Below the pieces are notes generated by a model. That model searched no databases. It was given only the letters and a program-made list of their open reading frames with translations, and was not told the DNA's origin. Position numbers and translations under genes: made by a program. This document shows positions 1 to 9,820 of a DNA stretch of 25,744 bases, in pieces (positions within the stretch are counted from its first letter, which is position 1; every line of letters starts with the position of its first letter). The stretch covers positions 1 through 25,744 of the forward strand of contig CAZXZO010000019.1 in NCBI GenBank assembly GCA_964645485.1, given 5' to 3'. The stretch comes from an uncultured Candidatus Poseidoniales archaeon. GTDB taxonomy: Archaea > Thermoplasmatota > Poseidoniia > Poseidoniales > Thalassarchaeaceae.

Positions 1-952
1 ACTCGGTTCTTGTTGAATGCTCAATTCCTTTGACAAGCGTCAACAACTGTTGATTCAACGGCGTTGGAATTCCTAATTCCTTGCCCCGCCTAACAACCTC
101 TCCACAAAGTGAGTCAATCTCGGTTATTCTCCCAGCCATTACATCCTGTAACATTGAACAACGGTTAGCCGCTGTAGCCTCAAGCACTCTTTTCAGTTCA
201 GCCTCACAATCAAAGAAGGACATGTCAACACCTTCTGCGGTTGCCACTTGAGCCGCTTCTAACATTGCTGAAAGCGCTTGCTCATGCAAATCTGGACGCG
301 ACAACAACTCGCCATTTCTGACACCACAAATTGCTGCCAAAGGATTGATTGCTACATTTATCAGAAGTTTCTGCCAAAGCATCTCAGCACAATCAAATTC
401 CCATTCAGGGTTCAACCCTGCCTCACCCAACAAGTACAGCAAGTCGTCCACCCGCCTGTCATCAGGAGTAAGGTCTGATTCGTCAAGTGATGCGAGCCGT
501 ACCGCACCAATCCCAGTCCATTGTACCTCACCTGGACCGTTTTTCATAGCCCCATGTGTCGTGCACCCAGCCAAAACACGGTGTTTACCCAGTCGAGCCA
601 CTAATCTCTCGGCATGACCCATACCATTCTGCACACTGATCGCTATACCATTCGGACGCAAAAGTATCTCTGCCGCAATGGCTAGAGTGGGAGTTGAATT
701 CGACTTACCACAGATAATTGCAATATCAGCACAACTGTAGAGAGGCTCAATTATTTCCAAATCTGAAACTACCCAGCGGTCTGGTTGATGATGTTCAACA
801 TCGCCATCTGGAGTTGTCAAAATTATCCCGGTTGATGCCAAAGCAACACTCTGTGCGCCACGTGAATAGAGAATAAGGTGGGCATCTGTTTTTGCAAGAG
901 ATGCGGCAATAACTGAACCAATTGCTCCGACTCCAAGTATTGCTACTCGCAA
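1..952 (-). CDS. panE: 2-dehydropantoate 2-reductase (ketopantoate reductase); 3' end runs off the window edge
   Basis: Manually translated, absent from the ORF track. TTG start at 952 preceded by GGAGG. It reads MRVAILGVGAIGSVIAA (Rossmann GxGxxG), ICGKS, SVQNGMGH, WQKLLINVAINPLAAI, NRCSMLQDV..GR.TEID and GIPTPLN, all hallmark PanE/ApbA motifs. 317 codons are open to position 2, and the next base (pos. 1) is T, possibly the first base of the stop. Confidence 0.92.
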   Translation of the reverse strand, partial: MRVAILGVGAIGSVIAASLAKTDAHLILYSRGAQSVALASTGIILTTPDGDVEHHQPDRWVVSDLEIIEPLYSCADIAIICGKSNSTPTLAIAAEILLRPNGIAISVQNGMGHAERLVARLGKHRVLAGCTTHGAMKNGPGEVQWTGIGAVRLASLDESDLTPDDRRVDDLLYLLGEAGLNPEWEFDCAEMLWQKLLINVAINPLAAICGVRNGELLSRPDLHEQALSAMLEAAQVATAEGVDMSFFDCEAELKRVLEATAANRCSMLQDVMAGRITEIDSLCGEVVRRGKELGIPTPLNQQLLTLVKGIEHSTRTE

Positions 953-954
953 AT

Positions 955-3528
955 TCAACCCTCCGAAACAACGCATTCAATTTGGCCATCTAATTGGTCA
1001 ACGTCGGCACCTTCACGGCACCAAGCTGCGAAATTAAGTTGGTATGAATTATTGATTCCTGCCATTTCATGAAGTGAAAGCCAAGCGACTTGCATGACCT
1101 CTTCATTATCATAATTCTGGGTCACATTCAGCAAAGCCGAACCACCTGCTGGAACAGTCACACCCCACTCTTGGCCCCAACCTAAGGAACGGTTTTCATC
1201 GATGCTTGCAATAGTTTTTGGAAAGAAGAACATAGTCTCATTTCCTAAATTAATTAATTCCCAAACCCCGCTTTCAAGTGGTCTGTCAACCCAAGCCCAA
1301 GTGACTTCTTCTCCAAACCGTAATGCTAAACTTGGTCCTGAAACAGTGCTGAAATTTGCTTGTAAAGGAGGAATAGCATCATCATCACAAGCCGATACTA
1401 CACCTCCAATCGGTGGAATAAAGTGCATCTGATTTTCACCATTGACATCTGGAATAATTACCTCACCTCTAGTTTCTACATTCCAATTCAGCACGCCATC
1501 TACTAGACCTGGCTCACGGGCAATATTAGTACAGGTTTCATCCCCTTCACCCCATGCCACATGATTTCCTGCAGTCAACCAAGATGGGGTTTGCTCAGAT
1601 TTGCCATCTAACCACCAACCTTCAGCGGGTATGGGTAGAGCATATGTTGGATTCTGTAATCTCAGCGGCCACTCAAATTCTTCTCCTTCATCACTGATGA
1701 ATGATAGAGGTAAAATCTGTCCGAACTCGTCAGATTTGAGAACCATCCTTGCGTGGCTAGGTCCCTTCAAACAAATTTCTGGCTCACTGTCTGATGTAAA
1801 AATACCATTTGATGGAGTCGTTACGCTCCAAAGAAGAGTTGGAGTTGAGAGATTCCCTGTCATCTTCAGATTACTAAATGTGAGATTTGCACATGCTAGA
1901 AGGCCATCAAATGTAGGCTCAAGTTGCCAGTGTGCTTGAACAGGTGAAACTGCTGTTTCGGGATTCAAAGTGATGGTTTTCACCGATCTTTCTGAATCTG
2001 CATCAACAATGAAATGTAGAACAGTGGGCAACAACATTGTGCTGTTGTTAGAAATTGATGCTGACAAAGTCGCTTTGCCATCATTTAACAAATCAACATT
2101 TCCAATATTGCACGTTGTAGGCAATGAAACAAACTCTGACCCGCACTCTATTTCTAGATTCCAATCAGGTCTTGGCGGGTCAACCCAAACCGATACTTGC
2201 ACGAAACGTTCTGAAATCCCCACCATCTCGAAATCAAGTGTGTGTGACCATTCTTCGTCAACCTGTAAGTCTAACTCGTCTGCCCAATCAAGGGCCAAAC
2301 CATCCTCCCAATTTTCGTAAGGAGCAACCGCTGCTAACCCCGGGAAAGTCAGCATAAGAGCGAACACTACACTGGTGAAAACACGGAATCCATACCTACG
2401 TTCTAATTCAGTCACCTCATCAACAATTAAACCGGCTGAAGTTATCGATTGTTCACTAAAGATCCGCCAAACTCCAAGTGAAATAACGATTAACCAGGGA
2501 ATGTATCCTGATGTGAGTAAAATAATCACACCAGCAAACAAAAATAATCCATAAAGAGTAAATTCAGTACCAGAATCTGTCATCGTTTCTCTGCCAAAAA
2601 TCGCCCATAGTAATCTGTAACCAGGGAATCCAGGAATTGGTAACAATAGAATCCAGCCAAATGTCATCAAGGAATGACCTGCTAATGCTAGTGGATGTAA
2701 CCAAACAGTACGAACGGCTATTTCTTCTGGAGTGATGAAGAAAGATGCAATCAGATGAGTGATGGAATTGAGTTGGATTATCGCTGGAGCCCCAATGAAA
2801 TCAACTGAGTTATTTGCCGTCATCAAGATTCCAACAACTGAAAAAATTAGGCCCGAAATGATGAAACAAAACGGAGTTACAAGCCCTGAAATCAACATTC
2901 CTCGACGATTTGCCCAAGCAACTGTGTGCATGAACCTCTGATTCATCATGAAAAATAAGCCAAATGGCCAAATGATGACTGATTTACTGAAAAACATGAT
3001 GGGTGAAATCGCCACTAAAAAGTTGCCAGCATCAACTCCGTGCTTTTGAAAAATATTCTTTCTGATTACTGAAGTAAACCCAATCACAGCCATCAGTGGT
3101 ACACAGAAATAAATCGCAGACGATTGCAATACCGCGGTATCATACCAATTCACACTGCTATCCTGATGTGCTAACCAAAACCCGCCTAAACTAAGGCTAA
3201 ACACAGTTGCTAAAACCCAAAATAAAGTTTGTACCAGAATAGTTTGCTCGGGATGTCTATCTTGGGGCAGATCAATTAGAGTCAAAACATACGGTTCGCC
3301 AACCTCAATCATGGCTCTCCATCCATGATTGCGTAAATGCTCATCTAATTGCGATACTGAATCACTAACGCTTCCATCAAGTGGAGTTACTTGCCAAGAA
3401 GGAAAAGGACCTAGTTCATCCCTCAACCGTCTGAAATGACGATCAATTATGTGTTCAAGAAGTTCAAGATTACTCCATGCTTTCTTTTGAAGCAAGAGTG
3501 GTTTGAGTTTCCCTTCATCCTCAGACAT
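955..3528 (-). CDS. Site-2 protease (peptidase M50)-like polytopic membrane protein lacking catalytic motifs, with a ~450-aa C-terminal extramembrane region
   Basis: ORF 955..3543; the better start is ATG 3528 (MSEDEGK), preceded by AGGAGG at 3535-3540. The N-terminal ~400 aa follow archaeal M50 layout (KHGV, WPFG, LHPLALAG, LLPIPGFPG) with about 8 hydrophobic segments, followed by a hydrophilic region with 8 Cys. Confidence 0.7.
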   Translation of the reverse strand: MSEDEGKLKPLLLQKKAWSNLELLEHIIDRHFRRLRDELGPFPSWQVTPLDGSVSDSVSQLDEHLRNHGWRAMIEVGEPYVLTLIDLPQDRHPEQTILVQTLFWVLATVFSLSLGGFWLAHQDSSVNWYDTAVLQSSAIYFCVPLMAVIGFTSVIRKNIFQKHGVDAGNFLVAISPIMFFSKSVIIWPFGLFFMMNQRFMHTVAWANRRGMLISGLVTPFCFIISGLIFSVVGILMTANNSVDFIGAPAIIQLNSITHLIASFFITPEEIAVRTVWLHPLALAGHSLMTFGWILLLPIPGFPGYRLLWAIFGRETMTDSGTEFTLYGLFLFAGVIILLTSGYIPWLIVISLGVWRIFSEQSITSAGLIVDEVTELERRYGFRVFTSVVFALMLTFPGLAAVAPYENWEDGLALDWADELDLQVDEEWSHTLDFEMVGISERFVQVSVWVDPPRPDWNLEIECGSEFVSLPTTCNIGNVDLLNDGKATLSASISNNSTMLLPTVLHFIVDADSERSVKTITLNPETAVSPVQAHWQLEPTFDGLLACANLTFSNLKMTGNLSTPTLLWSVTTPSNGIFTSDSEPEICLKGPSHARMVLKSDEFGQILPLSFISDEGEEFEWPLRLQNPTYALPIPAEGWWLDGKSEQTPSWLTAGNHVAWGEGDETCTNIAREPGLVDGVLNWNVETRGEVIIPDVNGENQMHFIPPIGGVVSACDDDAIPPLQANFSTVSGPSLALRFGEEVTWAWVDRPLESGVWELINLGNETMFFFPKTIASIDENRSLGWGQEWGVTVPAGGSALLNVTQNYDNEEVMQVAWLSLHEMAGINNSYQLNFAAWCREGADVDQLDGQIECVVSEG

Positions 3529-3534
3529 GCACAG

Positions 3535-3540
3535 CCTCCT
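3535..3540 (-). promoter_or_regulatory. Shine-Dalgarno AGGAGG for the M50-like gene
   Basis: The minus strand reads AGGAGG-CTGTGC-ATG(3528). Confidence 0.75.
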
Positions 3541-3562
3541 CAACAGCCGGATGGCTCATGCC

Positions 3563-3574
3563 GTATCAACCCTT
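3563..3574 (-). promoter_or_regulatory. Candidate BRE/TATA-like promoter element AAGGGTTGATAC
   Basis: It lies in the 3544-3640 intergenic gap about 23 nt upstream of the SD. A similar TTGATA core recurs upstream of other genes in the window. Confidence 0.35.
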
Positions 3575-3612
3575 GACCAATTAATCCACTCTGTAAGAGT
3601 GGAAAAGTTATC

Positions 3613-3618
3613 AAAAAA
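3613..3618 (-). terminator. Candidate oligo-T terminator of the ATP synthase operon
   Basis: T6 run on the minus strand ~25 nt after the subunit D stop, in T-rich context. Archaeal terminators are typically oligo-T. Confidence 0.4.
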
Positions 3619-3640
3619 CCAAACACCCTTTGGAAAGGAA

Positions 3641-4258
3641 TCACTTGTTCTTGAATCGCTTTAGACGGAAAGTTTCCTCTCTTTCCATTTCTTCAAGTCG
3701 CAGTTGAATGAATGACTGTGCTTCTTTCATCTCTGGAATTACCTTGAACTCGAGAGCGTTTACACGGCGCTTGGTGGCTTCAATCTCCACAAGCAGTCGC
3801 TTGAGCGTAGATTCCATTTCTGCTGCTTTGACAATGCTCTCAATCAATGTGCCGTAAGAATCAGCAGCCTCATCCAAGTAAGGTGAGCCGCCAATCAACC
3901 CAAGACCACGTTCTTGCAATGTTTGAGATAGGTATTTTCCTTCTACTTTAGGAACCACAACACCCATGATATTGTGGCGAATAACCTCAACTTCTGGGCT
4001 CTGTGCTACAGCGATTGCAGCACTTTTCACTGCCAAACCGCCTTCAATAGAACTCGCCAAATTGATTGCCTGCTTTGCTTCAATAAAGGTTGTAACAAGT
4101 GCTTGCTTAGCCTCAATCATCTCAGCTAATAATACACGGAATTCGTAGAACAAACCATCTCTCTTCAACTTCAAGAGATTGTAACCATTCTCTGTCTGCT
4201 TAATCCGGCGCTTCAGGTTAATCAGTTCGCTTCGCGTTGGTTTGATATCCAATGCCAT
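3641..4258 (-). CDS. atpD: A/V-type ATP synthase subunit D
   Basis: KPTRSEL..LKRR, GY.LLKLKRDGL, NIMGVVVP, TKRRVNALEFKVIP and RLEEMERE match the V/A-type D subunit. It is the last gene of the operon. Confidence 0.97.
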   Translation of the reverse strand: MALDIKPTRSELINLKRRIKQTENGYNLLKLKRDGLFYEFRVLLAEMIEAKQALVTTFIEAKQAINLASSIEGGLAVKSAAIAVAQSPEVEVIRHNIMGVVVPKVEGKYLSQTLQERGLGLIGGSPYLDEAADSYGTLIESIVKAAEMESTLKRLLVEIEATKRRVNALEFKVIPEMKEAQSFIQLRLEEMEREETFRLKRFKNK

Positions 4259-4304
4259 CTTCTAATCCCCCTTTACATCCATTCTAAGTTTTCAATACCA
4301 ACAA

Positions 4305-5687
4305 TCACTCTTTCTTGTTATCTGGATGATACTTGTCAATCCATTGTTGGTCAAGTCTGACTAGGTATTTTGTCTCAATTGTAGACATTAGATTCCAGCA
4401 CAGGTCAAGAGTTTCGTCGATGCTTCGGTCTTCGTATCGACCTTGGCGCAGGAACTTGTCCTCAAACAATCCTGAGAAAGCCAACAATTGCTTGTCACGC
4501 TCATTTAGTGCATCTTCACCGACAATCGCTACAAGACCACGCAATTCTCGCCCTTGAGCGTACGCAGCATACATCTGGTCAGAAACCGATTTGTGGTCTT
4601 CACGAGTTGTCTTCTCACCAATTGTTCCGCCCATCAGACGGGACAAACTTGGAAGTACGTTGATAGGTGGATAGATACCACTTCCATGCAATTCTCTTGA
4701 AATTACAATCTGTCCTTCAGTAATATATCCTGAAAGGTCAGGGATTGGGTGGGTAATATCGTCACCAGGCATAGTGAGGATAGGGAATTGAGTAATTGAC
4801 CCCTTCTTCCCCTTCACTAATCCTGCGCGCTCGTACAACATTGCTAGGTCAGTGTACATGTAACCCGGGTAACCACGTCGTCCTGGAACTTCTTCTCGAG
4901 CCGCCCCAATTTGCCTCAGTGCGTCACAGTAGTTGGTAACGTCAGTGTAAATGACCAGTACGTGGTAATCGTGCTCAAATGCAAGATACTCTGCTGCTGT
5001 CAATGCAAGTCTTGGTGTGATCAGTCGCTCAACCGCTGGGTCGTCCGCTAGGTTGACGAACAAAACCGCGTTTTCTAGTGCGCCTGTGCGCTCCAAATCG
5101 CTTCTGAAGAAATTGTATTCTTCCGCAGTAATTCCCATTGCACAGAATACCACAATAAATTGTTCATCACTTGCTGTCAACTTTGCTTGACGAGCGATTT
5201 GCAAAGCGATATCGTTGTGTGGTAGACCAGATGCACTGAAGATTGGCAATTTCTGACCGCGTACAAGTGTTGTACAGCAGTCAATTGCACTGATTCCAGT
5301 CTGGATGAAATCGTGTGGACTTTGACGTGCATATGGATTGATTGCAGCTCCAATGATGTCTGCTTGTCCATCAGCAATAATTTCTGGACCGCCGTCACGA
5401 GGGCGGCCAGCACCGTCTAGAATTCTTCCAACTAGGTCATTGCTGACTGGTAGTTTGAATACATCACCAAGGAACTTTACTCCTGTTGTTCTATCAACAC
5501 CTGCTGTTCCTTCGAAAACTTGTACAACCACCAAATCATCACTGGTGTCAAGAACTTGTCCGTTCTTCATGCTACCATCTGTTAGGCGCAATTCTACGAT
5601 TTCTCCGAATGCAACTGGTTCTGTCTTGTTCAAGAACACAAGTGGTCCTTTCACGTCTGTAATGGTACGATATTCTTTTCCTGCCAT
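4305..5687 (-). CDS. atpB: A/V-type ATP synthase subunit B
   Basis: [62 protein letters not shown] and [12 protein letters not shown]. Confidence 0.99.
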   Translation of the reverse strand: MAGKEYRTITDVKGPLVFLNKTEPVAFGEIVELRLTDGSMKNGQVLDTSDDLVVVQVFEGTAGVDRTTGVKFLGDVFKLPVSNDLVGRILDGAGRPRDGGPEIIADGQADIIGAAINPYARQSPHDFIQTGISAIDCCTTLVRGQKLPIFSASGLPHNDIALQIARQAKLTASDEQFIVVFCAMGITAEEYNFFRSDLERTGALENAVLFVNLADDPAVERLITPRLALTAAEYLAFEHDYHVLVIYTDVTNYCDALRQIGAAREEVPGRRGYPGYMYTDLAMLYERAGLVKGKKGSITQFPILTMPGDDITHPIPDLSGYITEGQIVISRELHGSGIYPPINVLPSLSRLMGGTIGEKTTREDHKSVSDQMYAAYAQGRELRGLVAIVGEDALNERDKQLLAFSGLFEDKFLRQGRYEDRSIDETLDLCWNLMSTIETKYLVRLDQQWIDKYHPDNKKE

Positions 5688-5699
5688 CTAAATTCCCCC

Positions 5700-7439
5700 T
5701 TAATTCTCCTCCGCCGCAGCGGCAATTTCTTTTGTCATCTCAGCAACTAAGCCCTCAATTCGGTCAAGATAATTATCTTCAAATCTTGAGCGCATCAAAT
5801 TACTGCGTGCTGGAACGTTAACTACATCCTCAAGCATTCCACCGGCTTCAATTGCATTTTTTGCTTCATTCTGGAAAGTCAAAATTGCCTTTGCCATCAA
5901 ATATTGTTGTTGTACGCCAGTGAAAGCGTCAATCTCATGGAATGCATTTTGTTGCAAGAAATATTCACGAATCATTCTTGCAACTTCTAAAGTCAATTGT
6001 TGGTCAACAGGTAGTGCATCAGAACCGACTAACTGTACAATTTCTTGTAGTTCCGCTTCAACTTGAAGCAGACTGCTGATTTCAGTTCTGACTTCAGGGA
6101 AATCTGCAGCGATATTGTCCTTGAACCACTGGTCGAGTGACTGTGGGTACAACGAGTACGAATTCAACCAATTGATTGCTGGGAAGTGACGTTGCCTTGC
6201 GAGTGGCGCATCAAGCCCCCAGAAAACCTTCACAATACGAAGAGTTCCTTGACTGACTGGCTCAGAAATGTCACCACCAGGTGGAGACACTGCACCAATT
6301 ACTGTAACAGATCCATCTTCACCCTCAAGGGTTTCAACACGGCCTGCTCGCTCGTAAAACTCTGCCAAACGACTGGATAGGTATGCAGGATATCCTTCCT
6401 CACCAGGCATTTCTTCAAGACGTGATGAAATTTCACGCATTGCTTCAGCCCAGCGGCTGGTTGAATCTGCCATTAGAGCAACATCGTAACCCATGTCACG
6501 GAAATATTCTGCAATTGTGATTCCTGTATATACAGATGCTTCACGAGCCGCTACCGGCATGTTAGATGTATTTGCAATCATCACAGTTCTGTTCATCAGA
6601 GGCTTGCCGGTGTTAGGGTCGATAAGTTCGGGGAACTCATCCAACACTTCTGTCATCTCGTTTCCACGCTCTCCACAACCAATGTAAACTACAATTTGTG
6701 CATCCGAGAACTTTGCTAGTGATTGTTGAGTAACAGTCTTTCCAGACCCGAATGGACCAGGGATTCCCGCTGCTCCACCCTTTGCAAGTGGGAACAAGAA
6801 GTCAAGAATTCTCATGCCAGTCACTAGAGGTGTGTCTGGTGCATACTTCTGCTTGTACGGGCGTGGTGCACGTACTGGCCAGCGCTGCATCATTGCAATC
6901 TCTGTGCCATCATCTAGCACACAGACAGTTTCTGATACTGTGAAATCACCATTCTTGATACTCTTAATTGTACCAGTAACATTTGGAGGAACCATGATTT
7001 TGTGAGCAATTGTTTCTGTCTCTTGAACAGTACCAACTACTTGGCCACCCTCAACTTTGTCGCCTTTCTTAGCAGTAGGCTCGAAGGTCCACTTTTTCTC
7101 TTGGTCTAGACCGTCCGCATCAACACCTCTTGTGATGAACGTACCCATCTTCTCAAGTAGAATTGGAAGAGGTCGCTGAATCCCGTCATAAATCTGGGTC
7201 AACAAACCAGGTCCCAATTGTACTGACAATGTTTGGCCGGTGTTTGTCACCGGTTCACCAGGGCGTACACCCGAGGTATCTTCGTACACTTGAATAACCG
7301 CTTTTTCGCCGTGTAATTCGATAACTTCGCCCATTAGGCCTTCATCACCGACTCTTACTACGTCGTACATTTTAGCGTTCAATCCAACCGCAGTCACTAC
7401 TGGTCCAGATATTCTGTATATTTGTCCATTTTTGCTCAT
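5700..7439 (-). CDS. atpA: A/V-type ATP synthase catalytic subunit A
   Basis: Walker [44 protein letters not shown] and EEGYPAYL. At 579 aa it carries no intein. Confidence 0.99.
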   Translation of the reverse strand: MSKNGQIYRISGPVVTAVGLNAKMYDVVRVGDEGLMGEVIELHGEKAVIQVYEDTSGVRPGEPVTNTGQTLSVQLGPGLLTQIYDGIQRPLPILLEKMGTFITRGVDADGLDQEKKWTFEPTAKKGDKVEGGQVVGTVQETETIAHKIMVPPNVTGTIKSIKNGDFTVSETVCVLDDGTEIAMMQRWPVRAPRPYKQKYAPDTPLVTGMRILDFLFPLAKGGAAGIPGPFGSGKTVTQQSLAKFSDAQIVVYIGCGERGNEMTEVLDEFPELIDPNTGKPLMNRTVMIANTSNMPVAAREASVYTGITIAEYFRDMGYDVALMADSTSRWAEAMREISSRLEEMPGEEGYPAYLSSRLAEFYERAGRVETLEGEDGSVTVIGAVSPPGGDISEPVSQGTLRIVKVFWGLDAPLARQRHFPAINWLNSYSLYPQSLDQWFKDNIAADFPEVRTEISSLLQVEAELQEIVQLVGSDALPVDQQLTLEVARMIREYFLQQNAFHEIDAFTGVQQQYLMAKAILTFQNEAKNAIEAGGMLEDVVNVPARSNLMRSRFEDNYLDRIEGLVAEMTKEIAAAAEEN

Positions 7440-7471
7440 TTCTTCACTTCCTTCAATTTATTTATTGAGTT

Positions 7472-7771
7472 TCACTTCCAGAGGTCGACGCCAATTGCAC
7501 TCTTTATCTGCTCTCGCAAGGTGTTATCCTGCTCAGTGCCGATGCCAAGGAACGTCGGTGTGATGCTATCCGACAGCTGGATGCGAAGCCTGTCGGGCAT
7601 TTTGATAAGGTCAGATGCGTCAATCACGACGATACCGACCTCTTTGTCATTGAGGAGTTGGCGCAAATCCTGTTCCATCTCCTCATCATTTGGCGGGTTG
7701 AGTATCCGAGTTACCCCCGCAAGTTGGAATCCAAGGCTAAATTCTGGTGTGCCTATTACTGCAATTTCCAT
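7472..7771 (-). CDS. atpF: A/V-type ATP synthase subunit F
   Basis: MEIAVIG..EF.LGFQLAGV, VGIVVI and LREQIKSAIGVDLW; 99 aa; SD GAGGTG. Confidence 0.96.
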   Translation of the reverse strand: MEIAVIGTPEFSLGFQLAGVTRILNPPNDEEMEQDLRQLLNDKEVGIVVIDASDLIKMPDRLRIQLSDSITPTFLGIGTEQDNTLREQIKSAIGVDLWK

Positions 7772-7780
7772 TTTTTCACC

Positions 7781-8827
7781 TCAAATCAATAAGTGGTCTT
7801 CGAGAACATCAATCTCAAGTCCAGCTGCTTTTCCACGCGCTAAAAGGCGCAAGTTGCGAACTTCTGTGACTTTGCTCTCAATGTAATGAATGACTGGGAA
7901 TGCTGAAACTGGATTCAGCAAGGACATCTTGCGCAGTAATTGGATGCGTTGACCTGTAACGATGCTAACAATTGGGTCTAATGTGCCTTGGTCTTGAGAA
8001 GCAGCAAGTGCTTCATCCATTCCTGTATCATCAAATCCATTTGCCCGACGTAACACTTCTAACAAAGCCGCCTCATCAACTGCCTGTTCGGCTTGTCGAA
8101 GGGTAGCAGCACTCAATTTTCCACCTTTAATCATCAATGAACTTCGTTGGTCTATTGAAAGACCTTGTCGAATCGCTCGGAAAAGATTGATTACATTTCG
8201 GTGGTCAATTTCTGCCCTTAGGTAACGGGAGAGTAGTGAATTGTTACTTGGCAATGTCTCTAGAGATGTTTTGTAGTAATGTGCATCTAAAGCATCTTCC
8301 ATCTGCATTAGTGATGCATTGGAATCTAAATTAGAGAGGGCGCGCCCATATCGAGTTCCACTCAATGCGGAAACAACATCACTCAAATCTTCACTCTGTT
8401 TGACAATTTCTAGCCATTTATTATTTTCTTCATTTTCTTCTGGCAATACTTGATAAGCAACGGTTTCGTAATCTACGCCACTTCGAATGGCTCTCAGAAT
8501 AGCTTTAACTTTCTGATATCCAAAACGATCAACATAAATCGATACAACTTCTTTCAAATTGCCTTGGCAATATCCGAGTACTTGTGCTAAGTCTCGGTCC
8601 ATGTTATGGTTCAGAGCAGCCTCGATGAGGTCTGCACCGCTGAGTCTAGTTCCATACACATCCATTTCTGAACGGTACCCAAACTCAGCGATGCTGGCAG
8701 CGATGGCATCTGGCTCCTGCTGTAGCAGTTGCCGCATGCGGGTGGCATCAATCAGGTTCGCTTTTCTCGTCTTACTACGAGCAGCGGCGTAAGCCCAGTT
8801 TGAGCCACCTTTTGCCATCATTGTCAT
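7781..8827 (-). CDS. atpC: A/V-type ATP synthase subunit C
   Basis: YAAARSK..KANL, EIDHRNVINLFR and YIESKVTEVRNLRLLARGK; 348 aa; operon position between E and F; SD GGAGG. Confidence 0.93.
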   Translation of the reverse strand: MTMMAKGGSNWAYAAARSKTRKANLIDATRMRQLLQQEPDAIAASIAEFGYRSEMDVYGTRLSGADLIEAALNHNMDRDLAQVLGYCQGNLKEVVSIYVDRFGYQKVKAILRAIRSGVDYETVAYQVLPEENEENNKWLEIVKQSEDLSDVVSALSGTRYGRALSNLDSNASLMQMEDALDAHYYKTSLETLPSNNSLLSRYLRAEIDHRNVINLFRAIRQGLSIDQRSSLMIKGGKLSAATLRQAEQAVDEAALLEVLRRANGFDDTGMDEALAASQDQGTLDPIVSIVTGQRIQLLRKMSLLNPVSAFPVIHYIESKVTEVRNLRLLARGKAAGLEIDVLEDHLLI

Positions 8828-8845
8828 TTTTTCAACCTCCTTTAC

Positions 8846-9415
8846 TCAGGCGTTACCAAATAGTGTCGAACTCACAGATGAGAGATTGCTCTTCCAAGCA
8901 TCTTCCAAGCGACCATCAAAACGGTAGTCAAGAACTACGCTTCCATCGCTTGTTTGGAGAACAAAGCCACCTAGGCCACTGACATCGTCACCGATATCAA
9001 AGCCAGTTCCAGCCTTCTCCAACGCACCTCTATCCAGGGCTACAGGGCAGAGAATCATATCTTTCCCTGCATCTTTCTTTGCCTCTGAAACGAGATTCTT
9101 TAGCAAACCTGAACGACCTGCTAATTTTGCCGATGCTACTTTTTCCTTTACAGCCACCCATGTTGCATCCAACTCTTCGCGCTTTGCTACGAGTTGGGCA
9201 TTCTGGTTTGCTTGACGGGTAGAAGCAACACTCTCTGTTTCTATTTGTTCACACTCACGCTCTGCACGTACGACTGCGTCGTCGTGAAGAGCGGCAGTAA
9301 CTGCTTTCGCTTCATCAAGAATACTCTTGGCTTCTGCTTCTGCTGCATCAGTGATGGCTTTCGCCTCCTTCTTTGCCGCAGTTGCGATTTCACTCGCCAA
9401 TGCATCTAACGACAT
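8846..9415 (-). CDS. atpE: A/V-type ATP synthase subunit E
   Basis: MSLDALASEI, an Ala/Glu/Lys coiled-coil N-half and a C-terminal LGGFVL..DG.V.LDYRFDGRL motif. Confidence 0.93.
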   Translation of the reverse strand: MSLDALASEIATAAKKEAKAITDAAEAEAKSILDEAKAVTAALHDDAVVRAERECEQIETESVASTRQANQNAQLVAKREELDATWVAVKEKVASAKLAGRSGLLKNLVSEAKKDAGKDMILCPVALDRGALEKAGTGFDIGDDVSGLGGFVLQTSDGSVVLDYRFDGRLEDAWKSNLSSVSSTLFGNA

Positions 9416-9448
9416 GCTTTCATCCTCCGGGAAATTTTTCCGGTGATC

Positions 9449-9766
9449 TCACATAGCGAAGATAGCGCCGAATCCAAGGATAACGATAGTTTCAGGTAGT
9501 GCAGTAAATAGGATTGCAATTCCTAGTTTCCCACTATCTTCTGCTACCATACCGACCGCTGCTGCACCAATTTGTCCTTGGCTGATTCCAGTTCCAACTC
9601 CAGCAAACCCTAGTGCAATTCCTGCACCTAGAGGCATACCCCAGCTGTACCCAGTACCGTTTGCGATCGCATCCGCTTTAGCAGCAGCAACAGTGTCCAT
9701 AAAAAGGACTACCCCCGCTACGCCAACAAGCATCCACAGTGCCATATTCAATGTTCTTACATTCAT
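9449..9766 (-). CDS. atpK: A/V-type ATP synthase proteolipid subunit K (c), single hairpin with an N-terminal leader-like segment
   Basis: GAGIALGFAGVGTGISQGQIGAAAVG..AE and ALPETIVILGF with carrier Glu92. Confidence 0.96.
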   Translation of the reverse strand: MNVRTLNMALWMLVGVAGVVLFMDTVAAAKADAIANGTGYSWGMPLGAGIALGFAGVGTGISQGQIGAAAVGMVAEDSGKLGIAILFTALPETIVILGFGAIFAM

Positions 9767-9820
9767 TTTTTCATTCCTCCAATTTTTTTCCTTACAATAT
9801 TTTTGTATTGGAATTTGATA

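Noticed and set aside
5700-7439. Possible intein in ATP synthase subunit A (a known insertion site in some Thermoplasmata and Thermococcales)
   Set aside because: The protein is 579 aa and GSGKTVTQ is contiguous, so there is no insertion.
9793-9807. TACAA/TTGTA hairpin between atpI and atpK as an mRNA-stabilising element
   Set aside because: It is only 5 AT-rich base pairs, too weak to support.
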